DNA from: a virus
Lineage: Duplodnaviria; Caudoviricetes
Direction: 5' to 3' (one strand)
Length of the DNA: 28,738 nt
Virus record (IMG/VR): IMGVR_UViG_3300037421_000030
Coordinates: 1-28,738 of that record
Shown here: piece by piece, positions 17,880 to 26,680 of the stretch
Layout of the letters: each line of letters opens with the position of its first letter
How positions within the stretch are numbered: position 1 is the stretch's first letter
Made by a program: the position numbers and the translations under genes
The notes under the pieces: model-generated
Told to the model about the DNA's origin: nothing
The model's database searches: none
What the model saw: the letters and a program-made list of their open reading frames with translations, nothing else

Positions 17880-20413
17880 ACCTCCTCCATATGAATCTCA
17901 TTGCCCACTATCTTGGTGACCATGAAACTAGTACCATACTTGAACAATGCCTCTGACTCACCGTAGTGGGGCGACAAACCTTGCACATCCTTGCAGGCAC
18001 TGTTCTGGGCCTTAGTCTTGATCACATAGTGATGGGTGCCGCTCCAGACACCTTTTTTCTTGGCACAGCTGGTGAAGCCTTGCTCCTTCTTAAGATGACC
18101 CACAATGTATTTCTTAAATTCCTTAGCTGGGAGTGATGCCTTACGATAAACGGTTTGGCCATTATGGCTCGGCATCTTGTCCATAGCAGCATTGGTTGAT
18201 TCCGCGAACTCATAAGTCTCCTTGGTCATCACGCTATTGCGCAATGGTTGATTCAGCGAACGCGACATCGGCCCGCAATAAGCATAAATGTGCACCGCCT
18301 CCCGGCCACTCAGGCCATAAGCCTTGCCCATGCTCTTGGCTTTACTGAAATCAGCAATAGCACCCATCAATGCATGCTTACTATTGGTATACAAAGGCTG
18401 CCCGGCATGCTCATCATAATCGCTGTAGCGTCGCAACCCGCTGAACATGCTGGCCAGTTCTGCCAGATCCTCTTGCTCGGTGATGCCAGCGGCGAGCATG
18501 CTTGATTGCATGGCAGGCTCGCTCAACATAGCGACATATGCCTCTTTGCTGGTGCCTGTAGCTACTGGGCCTGCGGGCGCAGCGGGTGCGGCTGGTGCTG
18601 CTGCTGCGGGCGCGGCCCCTGACTTGGCCTGACTGACTGCTGTCTGCAATTGCTGCTTGGCTGCCAATCCTGCTGCCTTGGCTGTCTTGATGGTGACAGG
18701 ATCGCCGGCAGTGATGGCCTTGGCAATGGTGTCCTTGCTGGTCAGAAAATCCATCAGCGCATTCACATAAGGCTGTTCATCCGGGGTAGTGCCTATGTGA
18801 GTTTGAAAATCACCAATGGTCTTCAAATACTCATTAGCTGTCTTCTTCGCTGCCTCAAGCTTGGGCGCATAAGCTGCTGGGTCCTTGTTGTGCTCATAAG
18901 TAGCCTCAGCTGCCAGCAATGCCTCCATGGCAGCAATATTGGCCTTCTTGTGTTCATCAATGGCCTGCACCCAGCCCTTCTTGGCAGGTGCTACTGCCGT
19001 TGTTTTCCCCCACACAGCATTCTTTTCTGCCTCGGTGAGCGGAGGAGCAGTTTGCTTTTTGAGCGGAGCAGTTGCTGATGCTGCGCCCGCAGCAGTGGGT
19101 GTGGGCACCTTGAGCTGCCAACTCTTAGCCATCTTGAACTTGGCGTCAAAGTACTCCTTGGAAACCTTCTTCTTGAGTAGCTCACGTGCCTTGACGTAGG
19201 TCTTCTCCATTGTCTTAGCAGCGGGAGTGCCCTTGGCAGACTCATAAGCCTTCTTAGCCTCAATGAACTGCTTCATGATGTGCAGCTGGCTGGGCGAGAA
19301 TGTGTAGGTCTTGCCATACATCTTCTCTTCAGCCCAACCTGGCGGCGGCCCTGCGGGTGGGGGTGGCGGTGAAGGTGTTACGGGTGGCGGCGGTGGAGAT
19401 GGCGTTGCAGGCACCCATGGCTCATCCCATGGTTCGGCAGCCTTGCTTGTCTTGCCTGCCTTCTTGGCATCGTAGGCCAGCTGACCCTTCAGCAGATTGT
19501 ATCTGTCCACAAACTTGTCATACAGATCTTTAGCATTCTTCAAGCCAGACTGCTTGAAGGCCCACTGCACATTATCCAGGTTGAGATTGTCAAGCTTCTC
19601 CTTGACCTTGGTAAACAACTCTGGGTTGTTGCCGAACAACTTGCTAAACACCTTGCCAGCAGGATATTGCGGATCCATCAACGAGAAATAGGAATCAATG
19701 TTGTCGCCATAATCCTTGGGTTGGCCTTGCGCTCGGAACTCAAAGGCCCCACCAAGATCCATCTGCACCAGCTTCTTAGTTTGATTGTCATAGGCAATAT
19801 TGTCATAAACCAGCCCCACAGTGTCCCAATTGTTGGTGAGCACCGCAGCGCCGAACATGTCTGCCAATTGTTCCTTCTCTTCAACCGTCAAGTTGTCCTG
19901 AATTTGCAAGGTGTTTGAGACATTGTCCAAATTCTTATTCCATGGCACCGAAACGCCTTCCTTGCCATCCATGTCGATCACTTCTGGCTTGGTGGTCTCA
20001 ATGCCTAGCTGCTTCAACACTTCACCAGCCAAGGCTTCTGTCTTGCCCTGCTGCTCATTTTTGTAAAACTTAACATAATGCTTGTTGTAATCAAGGTCCC
20101 TGTAAGTGCCACCAGGGTTGGAGCCCAATTGTTCACCAACCTTGGTCCAACCCTCAGCCTTATTGGGTTTGGCACCTGATGCTCCAATGCTGGCAAACTT
20201 GCCACCTTCGTCGCGCGGGTGCTTGGCTTCGTCCCAGGCTGCGTCTGCGCGCGCCGCATCGTCCTCTGCTTCAAACGGATCAAAGCCCAACATCTCCTTG
20301 AGCCAGGCAGGCGCGACTGTAGGCTCATCATCATTCGGCTCCTCGCTGGAGCGCCAGTCAGGCTCCTGCTCTTCCTTGATGGGGCCAATGGTGATGTCAG
20401 GAAGATCGTCCAC
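17876..20413 (-). CDS. Polyvalent protein: HPR motif, atypical (PI3/4K/HipA-like) kinase domain, Pro/Ala linkers and C-terminal R-S-E ADP-ribosyltransferase
   Basis: Kinase (~19480-20150): QLGSNPGG loop, YVK, E helix, NNWD..G...DN and MDLGG. ART (~17880-18320): Y...S..LN..LR, VYRK, GFTSC and ESEALF (E-x-E at 17951-17959). GTG start overlaps the upstream TAG. Confidence 0.8.
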   Translation of the reverse strand: MDDLPDITIGPIKEEQEPDWRSSEEPNDDEPTVAPAWLKEMLGFDPFEAEDDAARADAAWDEAKHPRDEGGKFASIGASGAKPNKAEGWTKVGEQLGSNPGGTYRDLDYNKHYVKFYKNEQQGKTEALAGEVLKQLGIETTKPEVIDMDGKEGVSVPWNKNLDNVSNTLQIQDNLTVEEKEQLADMFGAAVLTNNWDTVGLVYDNIAYDNQTKKLVQMDLGGAFEFRAQGQPKDYGDNIDSYFSLMDPQYPAGKVFSKLFGNNPELFTKVKEKLDNLNLDNVQWAFKQSGLKNAKDLYDKFVDRYNLLKGQLAYDAKKAGKTSKAAEPWDEPWVPATPSPPPPPVTPSPPPPPAGPPPGWAEEKMYGKTYTFSPSQLHIMKQFIEAKKAYESAKGTPAAKTMEKTYVKARELLKKKVSKEYFDAKFKMAKSWQLKVPTPTAAGAASATAPLKKQTAPPLTEAEKNAVWGKTTAVAPAKKGWVQAIDEHKKANIAAMEALLAAEATYEHNKDPAAYAPKLEAAKKTANEYLKTIGDFQTHIGTTPDEQPYVNALMDFLTSKDTIAKAITAGDPVTIKTAKAAGLAAKQQLQTAVSQAKSGAAPAAAAPAAPAAPAGPVATGTSKEAYVAMLSEPAMQSSMLAAGITEQEDLAELASMFSGLRRYSDYDEHAGQPLYTNSKHALMGAIADFSKAKSMGKAYGLSGREAVHIYAYCGPMSRSLNQPLRNSVMTKETYEFAESTNAAMDKMPSHNGQTVYRKASLPAKEFKKYIVGHLKKEQGFTSCAKKKGVWSGTHHYVIKTKAQNSACKDVQGLSPHYGESEALFKYGTSFMVTKIVGNEIHMEEV

Positions 20414-21711
20414 TACACCGTCTCCAAGGCTGCTTTCCAGCCCATGAACACCCGTGGGTCAATGTAGGATGTCAGTGCCACTGAAGGGGTGTTGCCCAAC
20501 ATTTGCGAAACCTGCTTGGCAACATCCATCACTGACTTCTTGAATGCCTTTGCTGAGGTAGGTGCTGACGCGGCTTTCACCAACTCCTGCGCCGTGGAAG
20601 TGCCCACCGCAGTGCGGAAGTCTTTCACCTTGAAGCCACCCCCGTCCAGCGAGTGAGTGTAGTCGCGCAATGCCGCATCATTGGTCTTGCTGAACAACTT
20701 GCCGCTGGCGCCCGCACTCTGCGCCCGCTTCAACAACATGTTGGCGATGTCCTTGTCTTGGACTGGGATGTCGAGGTCAACTCCCTTTTTACCCACAAAA
20801 CGCAGCCGCACGGCATCACCATCTTGCACAATGTGTTGGCCTTGGAGGGTCGTGGCCCCATAGGCCAGCTTTTCCGCCTTATAACCACCTTCTTTTTCTT
20901 CAGCACCTGGACGCACTCCTGTGCTCATGATGAGAGCCAAGCAATCTGCCGCGTCACGAGTGCGCGCATTGTCAGCCTTGCGGCCCGCCTCGTTCTGCTT
21001 GGCAATGTCAGTGAACTTGCCCAGCAGCTCATTGATACGCGCAAACTTCATCACTGCCTGCTTCTCATTGTGCAATGCTGAGTAGTGGTACTGCGTCTTG
21101 CCCTTGGCGCTCACTGAAGTGGCCACCAGCAATGCGGCCGGATCAGGATTGTATCTCACATTCTTGTAGCCAGGAGGTATCTTGATGGCCCGCACATGGA
21201 TGGGGAGCTCGCCCCCTTCCGCCGTCTGCCACTGGCCATCGACATTCTTAGCGGCCACCAGTGGATTCTTGGCCCCGACACTGCCCCCTTCGGCAAACTT
21301 GCCTTCCTCATCACGCGGGTGATCGGTCTCACGGAACTCCTGGTCGGCGCGCTTACTGGGCTTTGGTCCCAGAGCCTTGCGCAGCGCCTCAACAGGCATG
21401 ATCCAGCGCCAATCATCATGTTCATCTCGAGCCAGCCTCGGCGAGAACTCATCATCCACATCATACAAGTAGGTAGTCGCGTCGACGCCATTCTTGACGC
21501 GCCGACAGAACCATTTACCAGCATGCCCAGCACGGTATTTGATTTCTTCCCAGACCTCACGCACTGCTGCCTGCTCAGAGGTCTCACCTTCCTCGACCTT
21601 GCCACCAGGCAGCGCCCACTCGCCACCATGATCGCCGCCTTCATGCGCGCGCCGCAATAAGAGCACCTTACCCTCTGGAGTGCGGAACATGATGAAGGCT
21701 GCATTGATCAT
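20413..21711 (-). CDS. Nudix hydrolase - HPR motif - DNA topoisomerase IB fusion
   Basis: Nudix box [20 protein letters not shown] (GX5EX7REUXEE). TopIB motifs IPPGYKNV...QYHYS, TGVRPG, YGATTL, FVGKKG, KDFRT and [15 protein letters not shown] (Tyr codon 20464-20466). Confidence 0.9.
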   Translation of the reverse strand: MINAAFIMFRTPEGKVLLLRRAHEGGDHGGEWALPGGKVEEGETSEQAAVREVWEEIKYRAGHAGKWFCRRVKNGVDATTYLYDVDDEFSPRLARDEHDDWRWIMPVEALRKALGPKPSKRADQEFRETDHPRDEEGKFAEGGSVGAKNPLVAAKNVDGQWQTAEGGELPIHVRAIKIPPGYKNVRYNPDPAALLVATSVSAKGKTQYHYSALHNEKQAVMKFARINELLGKFTDIAKQNEAGRKADNARTRDAADCLALIMSTGVRPGAEEKEGGYKAEKLAYGATTLQGQHIVQDGDAVRLRFVGKKGVDLDIPVQDKDIANMLLKRAQSAGASGKLFSKTNDAALRDYTHSLDGGGFKVKDFRTAVGTSTAQELVKAASAPTSAKAFKKSVMDVAKQVSQMLGNTPSVALTSYIDPRVFMGWKAALETV

Positions 21712-21836
21712 TTCTTGGGCGGCACTGACTTGGGTGGCGGCAATGGTTTCTTGACAGCTGATTGCACTTGCGGAGCCTGTCTAATCACCGGCCCAGAAGG
21801 CGGAAATGGATTTGGTCTGTTGCCAATGCGTGGCAT
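21708..21836 (-). CDS. 42-aa Pro/Lys-rich micro-protein (not in ORF track)
   Basis: [42 protein letters not shown]; SD GAGGAG; ATGA overlap with the Nudix-TopIB start. Confidence 0.65.
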   Translation of the reverse strand: MPRIGNRPNPFPPSGPVIRQAPQVQSAVKKPLPPPKSVPPKK

Positions 21837-21837
21837 T

Positions 21838-21933
21838 TTAATTGCTCCTCATGTCAACGATCACCAACCAATTGAGCGCCCCCACCAACACAAGCGCAAT
21901 GGCAATAATCAGCCAGGTGACAACACTCCTCAA
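21838..21933 (-). CDS. 31-aa single-pass membrane micro-peptide (not in ORF track)
   Basis: TTG start overlaps the upstream TGA (TTGA). (M)[30 protein letters not shown] fills the gap almost exactly. Confidence 0.5.
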   Translation of the reverse strand: MRSVVTWLIIAIALVLVGALNWLVIVDMRSN

Positions 21934-22436
21934 CGCGCAACTGCCCCCGCATAATCCTTCTTCTCTTTCTCCTCAAAGGCATCCATGCGCTTGCTGAGCC
22001 CATCAACAGCGTCCTCGATGTGCTTAACAATCAAGTCGCTATCCTGCTTGGTCTCCAGCTCAGTGAGCGCATCAGCCTTCTTACCCAGCGCCTTGCGAGT
22101 CTGCGACCTGATTTCGTCGCGCAATGACCTGATCTGCTCCTTGGTGTCATCGATAGCGTTCTGGCGTTCTTGCCCTTCATCAACCTGCTCCTGTTCACGC
22201 TCCAGCGCCTCCAGCTGCTGCTCGGCGTCCTTCAGCTGAGTTGGAAGGTCTTGCGCTTCTTGCTCTTCATCTTCCTGCTTCTTTTCACCTGGCTCGGTCT
22301 CGGCATCAGCTTTGTCGACGCCCTTGATAGTGCCCTTGTTCTTGGAGGCATAGAAGACAGCTTCACCTTTTTCTTTGCCATAGTTCTGCTGCATCGCCCC
22401 CTTGATCTTCTCACCCTTTTCCGTCAGTGGCATCAT
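21930..22436 (-). CDS. Acidic coiled-coil head-module protein (scaffold-like / internal protein)
   Basis: [13 protein letters not shown]...[17 protein letters not shown]-terminus, then a coiled coil. Shares L-x-KRMDA-x-E with the scaffold. Confidence 0.65.
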   Translation of the reverse strand: MMPLTEKGEKIKGAMQQNYGKEKGEAVFYASKNKGTIKGVDKADAETEPGEKKQEDEEQEAQDLPTQLKDAEQQLEALEREQEQVDEGQERQNAIDDTKEQIRSLRDEIRSQTRKALGKKADALTELETKQDSDLIVKHIEDAVDGLSKRMDAFEEKEKKDYAGAVAR

Positions 22437-24046
22437 CTGCCTCCCTCTAGTTCAGCGACACGCTTGCGCAGCGATTGCAGCTCAGAGACCAAATAGGGCA
22501 CCAGTTTGGAATAATCTGCGCCCCACAAATGGGGTCCATGATCTGCGACTTTCCTGCCAGGTGGATCTGGCAACGGCGGAGTGACGGCCATCGGCGCCAC
22601 CTCATAAAGCTCCTGGGCTACAAAGCCATGTCCAGTGTTTGACGGTGCTCTGGTCTGGGCTACAACGTCAAACGCTGGTGCTGGTGGTTTCCATTCAAAG
22701 GCCACAGGCCTCATGTTGTCAATTAGCTCACCTACATCGATATCGTCTTCAAGATCGCGGATATTGTCTTTGATGCTCCTGTCGCAGGTAGTGTTGTAGG
22801 ATGTAGTTGAACCGTTGGTGTAGATATTGCCAACATTGTTGCCGCCAGCCGTATAATAAGTGAGATAGGCACTGGTGCTGTCAGAACGCGTCAGATTGGC
22901 ATAACCAACGCCGGATGCTGTCGCGATCTGGTAGGAAGATGCCGACCAACCTGCGGAGTTCCCTGAGGGATTGGAGGTTGATAGATTGCCACCATTGTTG
23001 GTGCTATTTGACAGATAGAGGCCGCCAGTTCCCAAATTGATGGCAGCAGCACCGCCCATTGTCAGGCCACCCGTCATCGTGCCCCCAGCAAGTGGCAGGC
23101 GCGAAGTGTCGCTCGGATGGATGTGGTCGGCACGAGCATAGTTTAAAGAAGTGCCAATCGCTACCGCTCCATCCATCAATGGATTGGTAGTTGACGGTGC
23201 TGGTCCTCCTGATGCTGGAGTTGTCCATATGGTATCGTAGTTGGTCGCCGAGTTCTTGGTGAGCACCTGATTGGTGGTGCCACCTGTTGGAACACCTTGA
23301 CCTGCGGCGCCAGTTGGTCCTGCTGGGCCTGTGGCACCTGTGAGCCCTGTGGCCCCTGTAGCGCCTGTTGGGCCTGCTGGGCCAGTGTTGCCGATTGGCC
23401 CTTGCGGCCCGGTAGCGCCCGTAAGCCCTATGGGTCCTTGCGGCCCAGTAGCGCCGGTATTGCCGATTGGCCCCTGTGGCCCTGTCGCGCCGGTGTTGCC
23501 TGGAACGCCTTGTGGACCTGCTGCGCCTGTGGCGCCTGTCAGCCCTATTGGGCCTTGCGGACCAGTAGCACCTGCCGGTCCAGCTGCGCCAGTTGCTCCA
23601 GGTGGTCCAGCAGCGCCTGCCGATCCAGGAGGACCAGTTGGACCCGCAGGTCCGGTTGGTCCAGGCGGTCCTGGAGCTCCGCCTCCACCAGGGGCTGTAG
23701 TATCGACAGCAGCTTGTTCAAACCAACTTGCCTTGCCATCCCAATAGTAGTTGCCTAAGCTCTTATTGCTGATGATGCGGTTGACGCTGCCCAACAAGTT
23801 GATGCTGGGCGGATTATGCTTGATGGTGATGGTGCCACCACTCGGCTCAAACACCACATTCTTAGTGATCGGCACCCCGACCTCACCCACACCGAACGAG
23901 GTGATGGTGCCGGTGCCATACAACACTACCCGATTGGTGTCGACGCTATTGTCCGGTGGCGCCAGCGGGTTGATGCCAATGGAGGAAACCTGGAAGCTCT
24001 CACTGGGAGCCTCACCAATGGCATTGCTGAGCGCAGTAACAGCCAT
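22433..24046 (-). CDS. Collagen-like fibre protein with C-terminal intramolecular chaperone (peptidase S74-like)
   Basis: 42 Gly-X-Y triplets, fibre motifs [10 protein letters not shown] and [18 protein letters not shown], then [35 protein letters not shown] and a terminal coiled coil. Confidence 0.85.
   Translation of the reverse strand: MAVTALSNAIGEAPSESFQVSSIGINPLAPPDNSVDTNRVVLYGTGTITSFGVGEVGVPITKNVVFEPSGGTITIKHNPPSINLLGSVNRIISNKSLGNYYWDGKASWFEQAAVDTTAPGGGGAPGPPGPTGPAGPTGPPGSAGAAGPPGATGAAGPAGATGPQGPIGLTGATGAAGPQGVPGNTGATGPQGPIGNTGATGPQGPIGLTGATGPQGPIGNTGPAGPTGATGATGLTGATGPAGPTGAAGQGVPTGGTTNQVLTKNSATNYDTIWTTPASGGPAPSTTNPLMDGAVAIGTSLNYARADHIHPSDTSRLPLAGGTMTGGLTMGGAAAINLGTGGLYLSNSTNNGGNLSTSNPSGNSAGWSASSYQIATASGVGYANLTRSDSTSAYLTYYTAGGNNVGNIYTNGSTTSYNTTCDRSIKDNIRDLEDDIDVGELIDNMRPVAFEWKPPAPAFDVVAQTRAPSNTGHGFVAQELYEVAPMAVTPPLPDPPGRKVADHGPHLWGADYSKLVPYLVSELQSLRKRVAELEGGR
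23303..23680 (-). repeat. Collagen Gly-X-Y repeat (42 triplets, including 12-aa units [10 protein letters not shown][LN]T)
   Basis: Direct count from the translation. Confidence 0.95.
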
Positions 24047-24053
24047 GGATCAC

Positions 24054-25133
24054 TCAATAAGTGCCAGCATCCAGCGTCATGTTCTCTGCATATTGCAGGG
24101 TGACGGGTTGCATGGCTCCCACCGGATCAGCATCAAGGTTCAACGCACCAAACAACGTGCCACCGCCCAATGACAAGTAGAGCGTATCAGCAGCGGCCTG
24201 CGTCAGCCCCGCGCCAATGATGACCTGGTAGATGGACAGATTGTCATTCCAGATAATCAAATCACCGTCTTCAAAGGTGGTGCCCAACGGGAACCCAGGC
24301 AGCGCCACTGTAGTGGTGCCAGCAGCAGACATGTAGTAATCACCTGCCGCGTTGCCTGCTACCACCGTCAGATCAGGGGTGTTGCTGGCCGGATCATAAG
24401 TGCCCTGGAACAACCGCAAGGCGGCCACTTGGGTGTCAACATAGTTCTTGTTGGCAGCCTCACCCGGATTGACTGGCGCAAGAGTGACCAGTGGCCCCGA
24501 CATAGTGCCACCAGCCAGATCAAGTTTAGCAGTATCGCTGACATGCTGGTGATCTTGACGGGCATAAGCCGTCGAAATGCCCACCGCGCCCGCGCCATCC
24601 ATTGGAGACTGAATGACGGCTGGCGCTGGCACTACAATGCCAGCCAGACCAAAGGCTACTGCATTGTCAACATAAAATGTGCTGGCAATTTGATTGTCAC
24701 TACTACCAGCCAAGGCATTAGGCACCCTTGGTGTGCCCAGGAACAAGGGTGATATCAGCGGCGCATAAGGCAGCAGTTCTGTGGTAAGGTCAAGGTCAGT
24801 GATATCGGCCATCACCAAGGTGACAGCGCCAGTCTTGCCAGCGACGCTACTGACCGCACCGCCCGCTGGTGTCCAGCTGGCTGAGGGTGGCGGCTGACCA
24901 GTGTTTGGGGCATTGGCTCTGTAAATGTTGCCGCCAGAGAGCACATGATCGCCAACCACATAGTTGGCAACAGCACTCCAGAAGCGCACTGCCAACAGTT
25001 GCTGTCCCGAAGTGCCATCATGCACCCCAAACGCCATATCGCCCCAATTGACCCAGGGCGAGCCCGCAGTGGTGCCACCTGGAGGAACAGAACCAGGGGT
25101 GGAGGAGCGCAGGATGTTAAGGATATTTGCCAT
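24054..25133 (-). CDS. Fibre protein with a CBM5/12-like module and phage fibre repeats; start re-assigned to MANILN
   Basis: WSAVANYVVGDHV...GNIYRA...W (CBM-like), VSSVAGKTGAVTL, APLISPLFLGTP...QIASTFYV, AANKNYVD and C-terminal DAGTY; AGGA SD. Confidence 0.7.
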   Translation of the reverse strand: MANILNILRSSTPGSVPPGGTTAGSPWVNWGDMAFGVHDGTSGQQLLAVRFWSAVANYVVGDHVLSGGNIYRANAPNTGQPPPSASWTPAGGAVSSVAGKTGAVTLVMADITDLDLTTELLPYAPLISPLFLGTPRVPNALAGSSDNQIASTFYVDNAVAFGLAGIVVPAPAVIQSPMDGAGAVGISTAYARQDHQHVSDTAKLDLAGGTMSGPLVTLAPVNPGEAANKNYVDTQVAALRLFQGTYDPASNTPDLTVVAGNAAGDYYMSAAGTTTVALPGFPLGTTFEDGDLIIWNDNLSIYQVIIGAGLTQAAADTLYLSLGGGTLFGALNLDADPVGAMQPVTLQYAENMTLDAGTY

Positions 25134-25144
25134 GGTTCTTTTTC

Positions 25145-25435
25145 CTAATAAGGACCACAATCAACTGTGCCATCAGGGTCAATGCCACTACCACCACCAC
25201 TGCCAGGTGGTCCCGGCGGACCCGGCGGACCCGGTGGTCCTGGTGGCCCAGCAACGCCATCCAAGCCTGGTGGCCCTTGAGCGCCCGGTGGACCTGGTTG
25301 TGGACCAGGACCCGCAGGTGGTGCGGCCTTGGTCGGAGCTGGACTGGTAAACTGAACAGATCTAGCCCGTCCAACATAGCCTGCGCGCCCAACAACACCA
25401 GTACGGATCTGCCAGAGTGAGCGTGAGGTGGGCAT
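25145..25435 (-). CDS. Short collagen-like protein
   Basis: 96 aa with a GPP/GAQ/GLD triplet run, ending DCGPY; fits between MuF and the fibre gene. Confidence 0.6.
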   Translation of the reverse strand: MPTSRSLWQIRTGVVGRAGYVGRARSVQFTSPAPTKAAPPAGPGPQPGPPGAQGPPGLDGVAGPPGPPGPPGPPGPPGSGGGSGIDPDGTVDCGPY

Positions 25436-25436
25436 G

Positions 25437-26312
25437 TCACTCAGCCGCTGCTGCTAGCTCAACTTCATCAAGTGCCGCCAGCGCTGCCTGGCCCTTCTTG
25501 GTCAGCATCACCGCTGGCAGCGCATCCAGGTTGTAGATGTACTCATAATAGCAGCGGCAGTAAACCTCCTCAGCGGGCTGGGTGATCTCGTCAGTGTAGC
25601 CTGCCTTGGATGGCTTCATCAGCCCTTGCTCCAGCGCCCAGTTGCCACGAATTGTATAGATGTTGAGATCACGCTCCTTGTGATCCTCACGATAGTTATA
25701 ATTGCGTTGACGCCAGTTAGAATGCCAAATTCCTGCAATAGCTCCTGTTCCCAGCGCAAAAGTCGCGTTGAGGGAACTATTGAGCTTATGGCCCTGGTCG
25801 GTGTTGAGCCGGTTGGTCTCATAGCGCACCTTCCTGAAATCTTTGAGCAGCAGGTTGGTTTGCTTGGCAGGTGGGGTTGGGGTCCCGCCTGGAGGCACGG
25901 AGGACGCCCAACCCCGGAACCGACGTAAGGTGGCGGCGAGGCTCTCCTCACGGCGGATCTTGATCAGATCGGCGCTGGCCGCTATGCGCCGATCAAGCTC
26001 ATTGCGCATGATGCTGGCCAACTGTGGTAAGCTTTGGATGCGGCGGAAATACATCTCTGGGCCCATGCGCCGCGCAGTAACGGCTTGCAGTTTTGCCAGA
26101 TGGGGTGGCAACTTGCGCGTAGCCCGTTGGTAGACGCTGCTCAGGTGACGCGCGATACGCTCACTGGCCTCAGTTGGCGAAATCAATGCACCTGTAGCTG
26201 CCGCCTCGATACGCTGGGCCCAAGTGTCAAGGGCTGACTCGGAAGTGTAGCCATTTTGCGCGAAGTACTTGACAGCATCACGGATCACTTGCTGAAAGTC
26301 GCGCAGGCTCAT
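25437..26312 (-). CDS. Head morphogenesis protein (MuF / SPP1 gp7 family); start re-assigned to MSLRDF
   Basis: DQGHKL, W..........R..H..RD and PAEEVYCRC motifs; follows the portal; ATGA overlap at 26309-26312. Confidence 0.8.
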   Translation of the reverse strand: MSLRDFQQVIRDAVKYFAQNGYTSESALDTWAQRIEAAATGALISPTEASERIARHLSSVYQRATRKLPPHLAKLQAVTARRMGPEMYFRRIQSLPQLASIMRNELDRRIAASADLIKIRREESLAATLRRFRGWASSVPPGGTPTPPAKQTNLLLKDFRKVRYETNRLNTDQGHKLNSSLNATFALGTGAIAGIWHSNWRQRNYNYREDHKERDLNIYTIRGNWALEQGLMKPSKAGYTDEITQPAEEVYCRCYYEYIYNLDALPAVMLTKKGQAALAALDEVELAAAAE

Positions 26313-26671
26313 GCTGTGGTGACGTTGATGGTTACTCCGGCCGGACAACTCTTAAAATAAAGCCCCTGGCTGAAGGGTATATTCATGTTGGGGCCACCAA
26401 TGGTGCCGGGTGGCGACGCAGCTGGCGCGCCCGGAATGCCCGGAATGTTGGGCTTGGTGCCATAGATGAAATCCAGCGCCGACAATGGTGCAGAGAACAG
26501 GGTGCGAGATGAATAAGGATCATAATTGGCCGAGGTAGCATCACAAAAGGTAATGGGTGTCACCCTGTCGGCCTGCGAAGGCGGCATCACCACACTGACA
26601 CCAGTGAGGGTACCAGCTGCTTGCACCAAGGCTGTCCCCAGTTCTGATGAAGTGGCACTAAAATTCCCCAT
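26309..26671 (-). CDS. Hypothetical beta-rich protein (possible head-associated structural protein)
   Basis: 120 aa; SD TAGGAG; GTLTGVSV...PFSQGLY. Confidence 0.6.
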   Translation of the reverse strand: MGNFSATSSELGTALVQAAGTLTGVSVVMPPSQADRVTPITFCDATSANYDPYSSRTLFSAPLSALDFIYGTKPNIPGIPGAPAASPPGTIGGPNMNIPFSQGLYFKSCPAGVTINVTTA

Positions 26672-26680
26672 GATGATCTC

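Noticed and set aside
20413-21220. Tyrosine integrase/recombinase
   Set aside because: The motif set (FVGKKG, KDFRT, LGNTP..SYIDP, IPP..QY.Y) fits topoisomerase IB rather than the H-x-x-R / LGH pattern of integrases.
17666-21370. Intron or intein interrupting Nudix-protease
   Set aside because: No homing endonuclease, RT, intein termini or intron RNA structure is visible; the interval is fully occupied by coupled ORFs.
23331-23747. + strand PVAPVGP repeat ORF
   Set aside because: It is the reverse-complement shadow of the collagen repeat.
25437-26312. MuF polymorphic toxin fusion
   Set aside because: The protein ends about 37 aa after the CRC motif, leaving no toxin extension.
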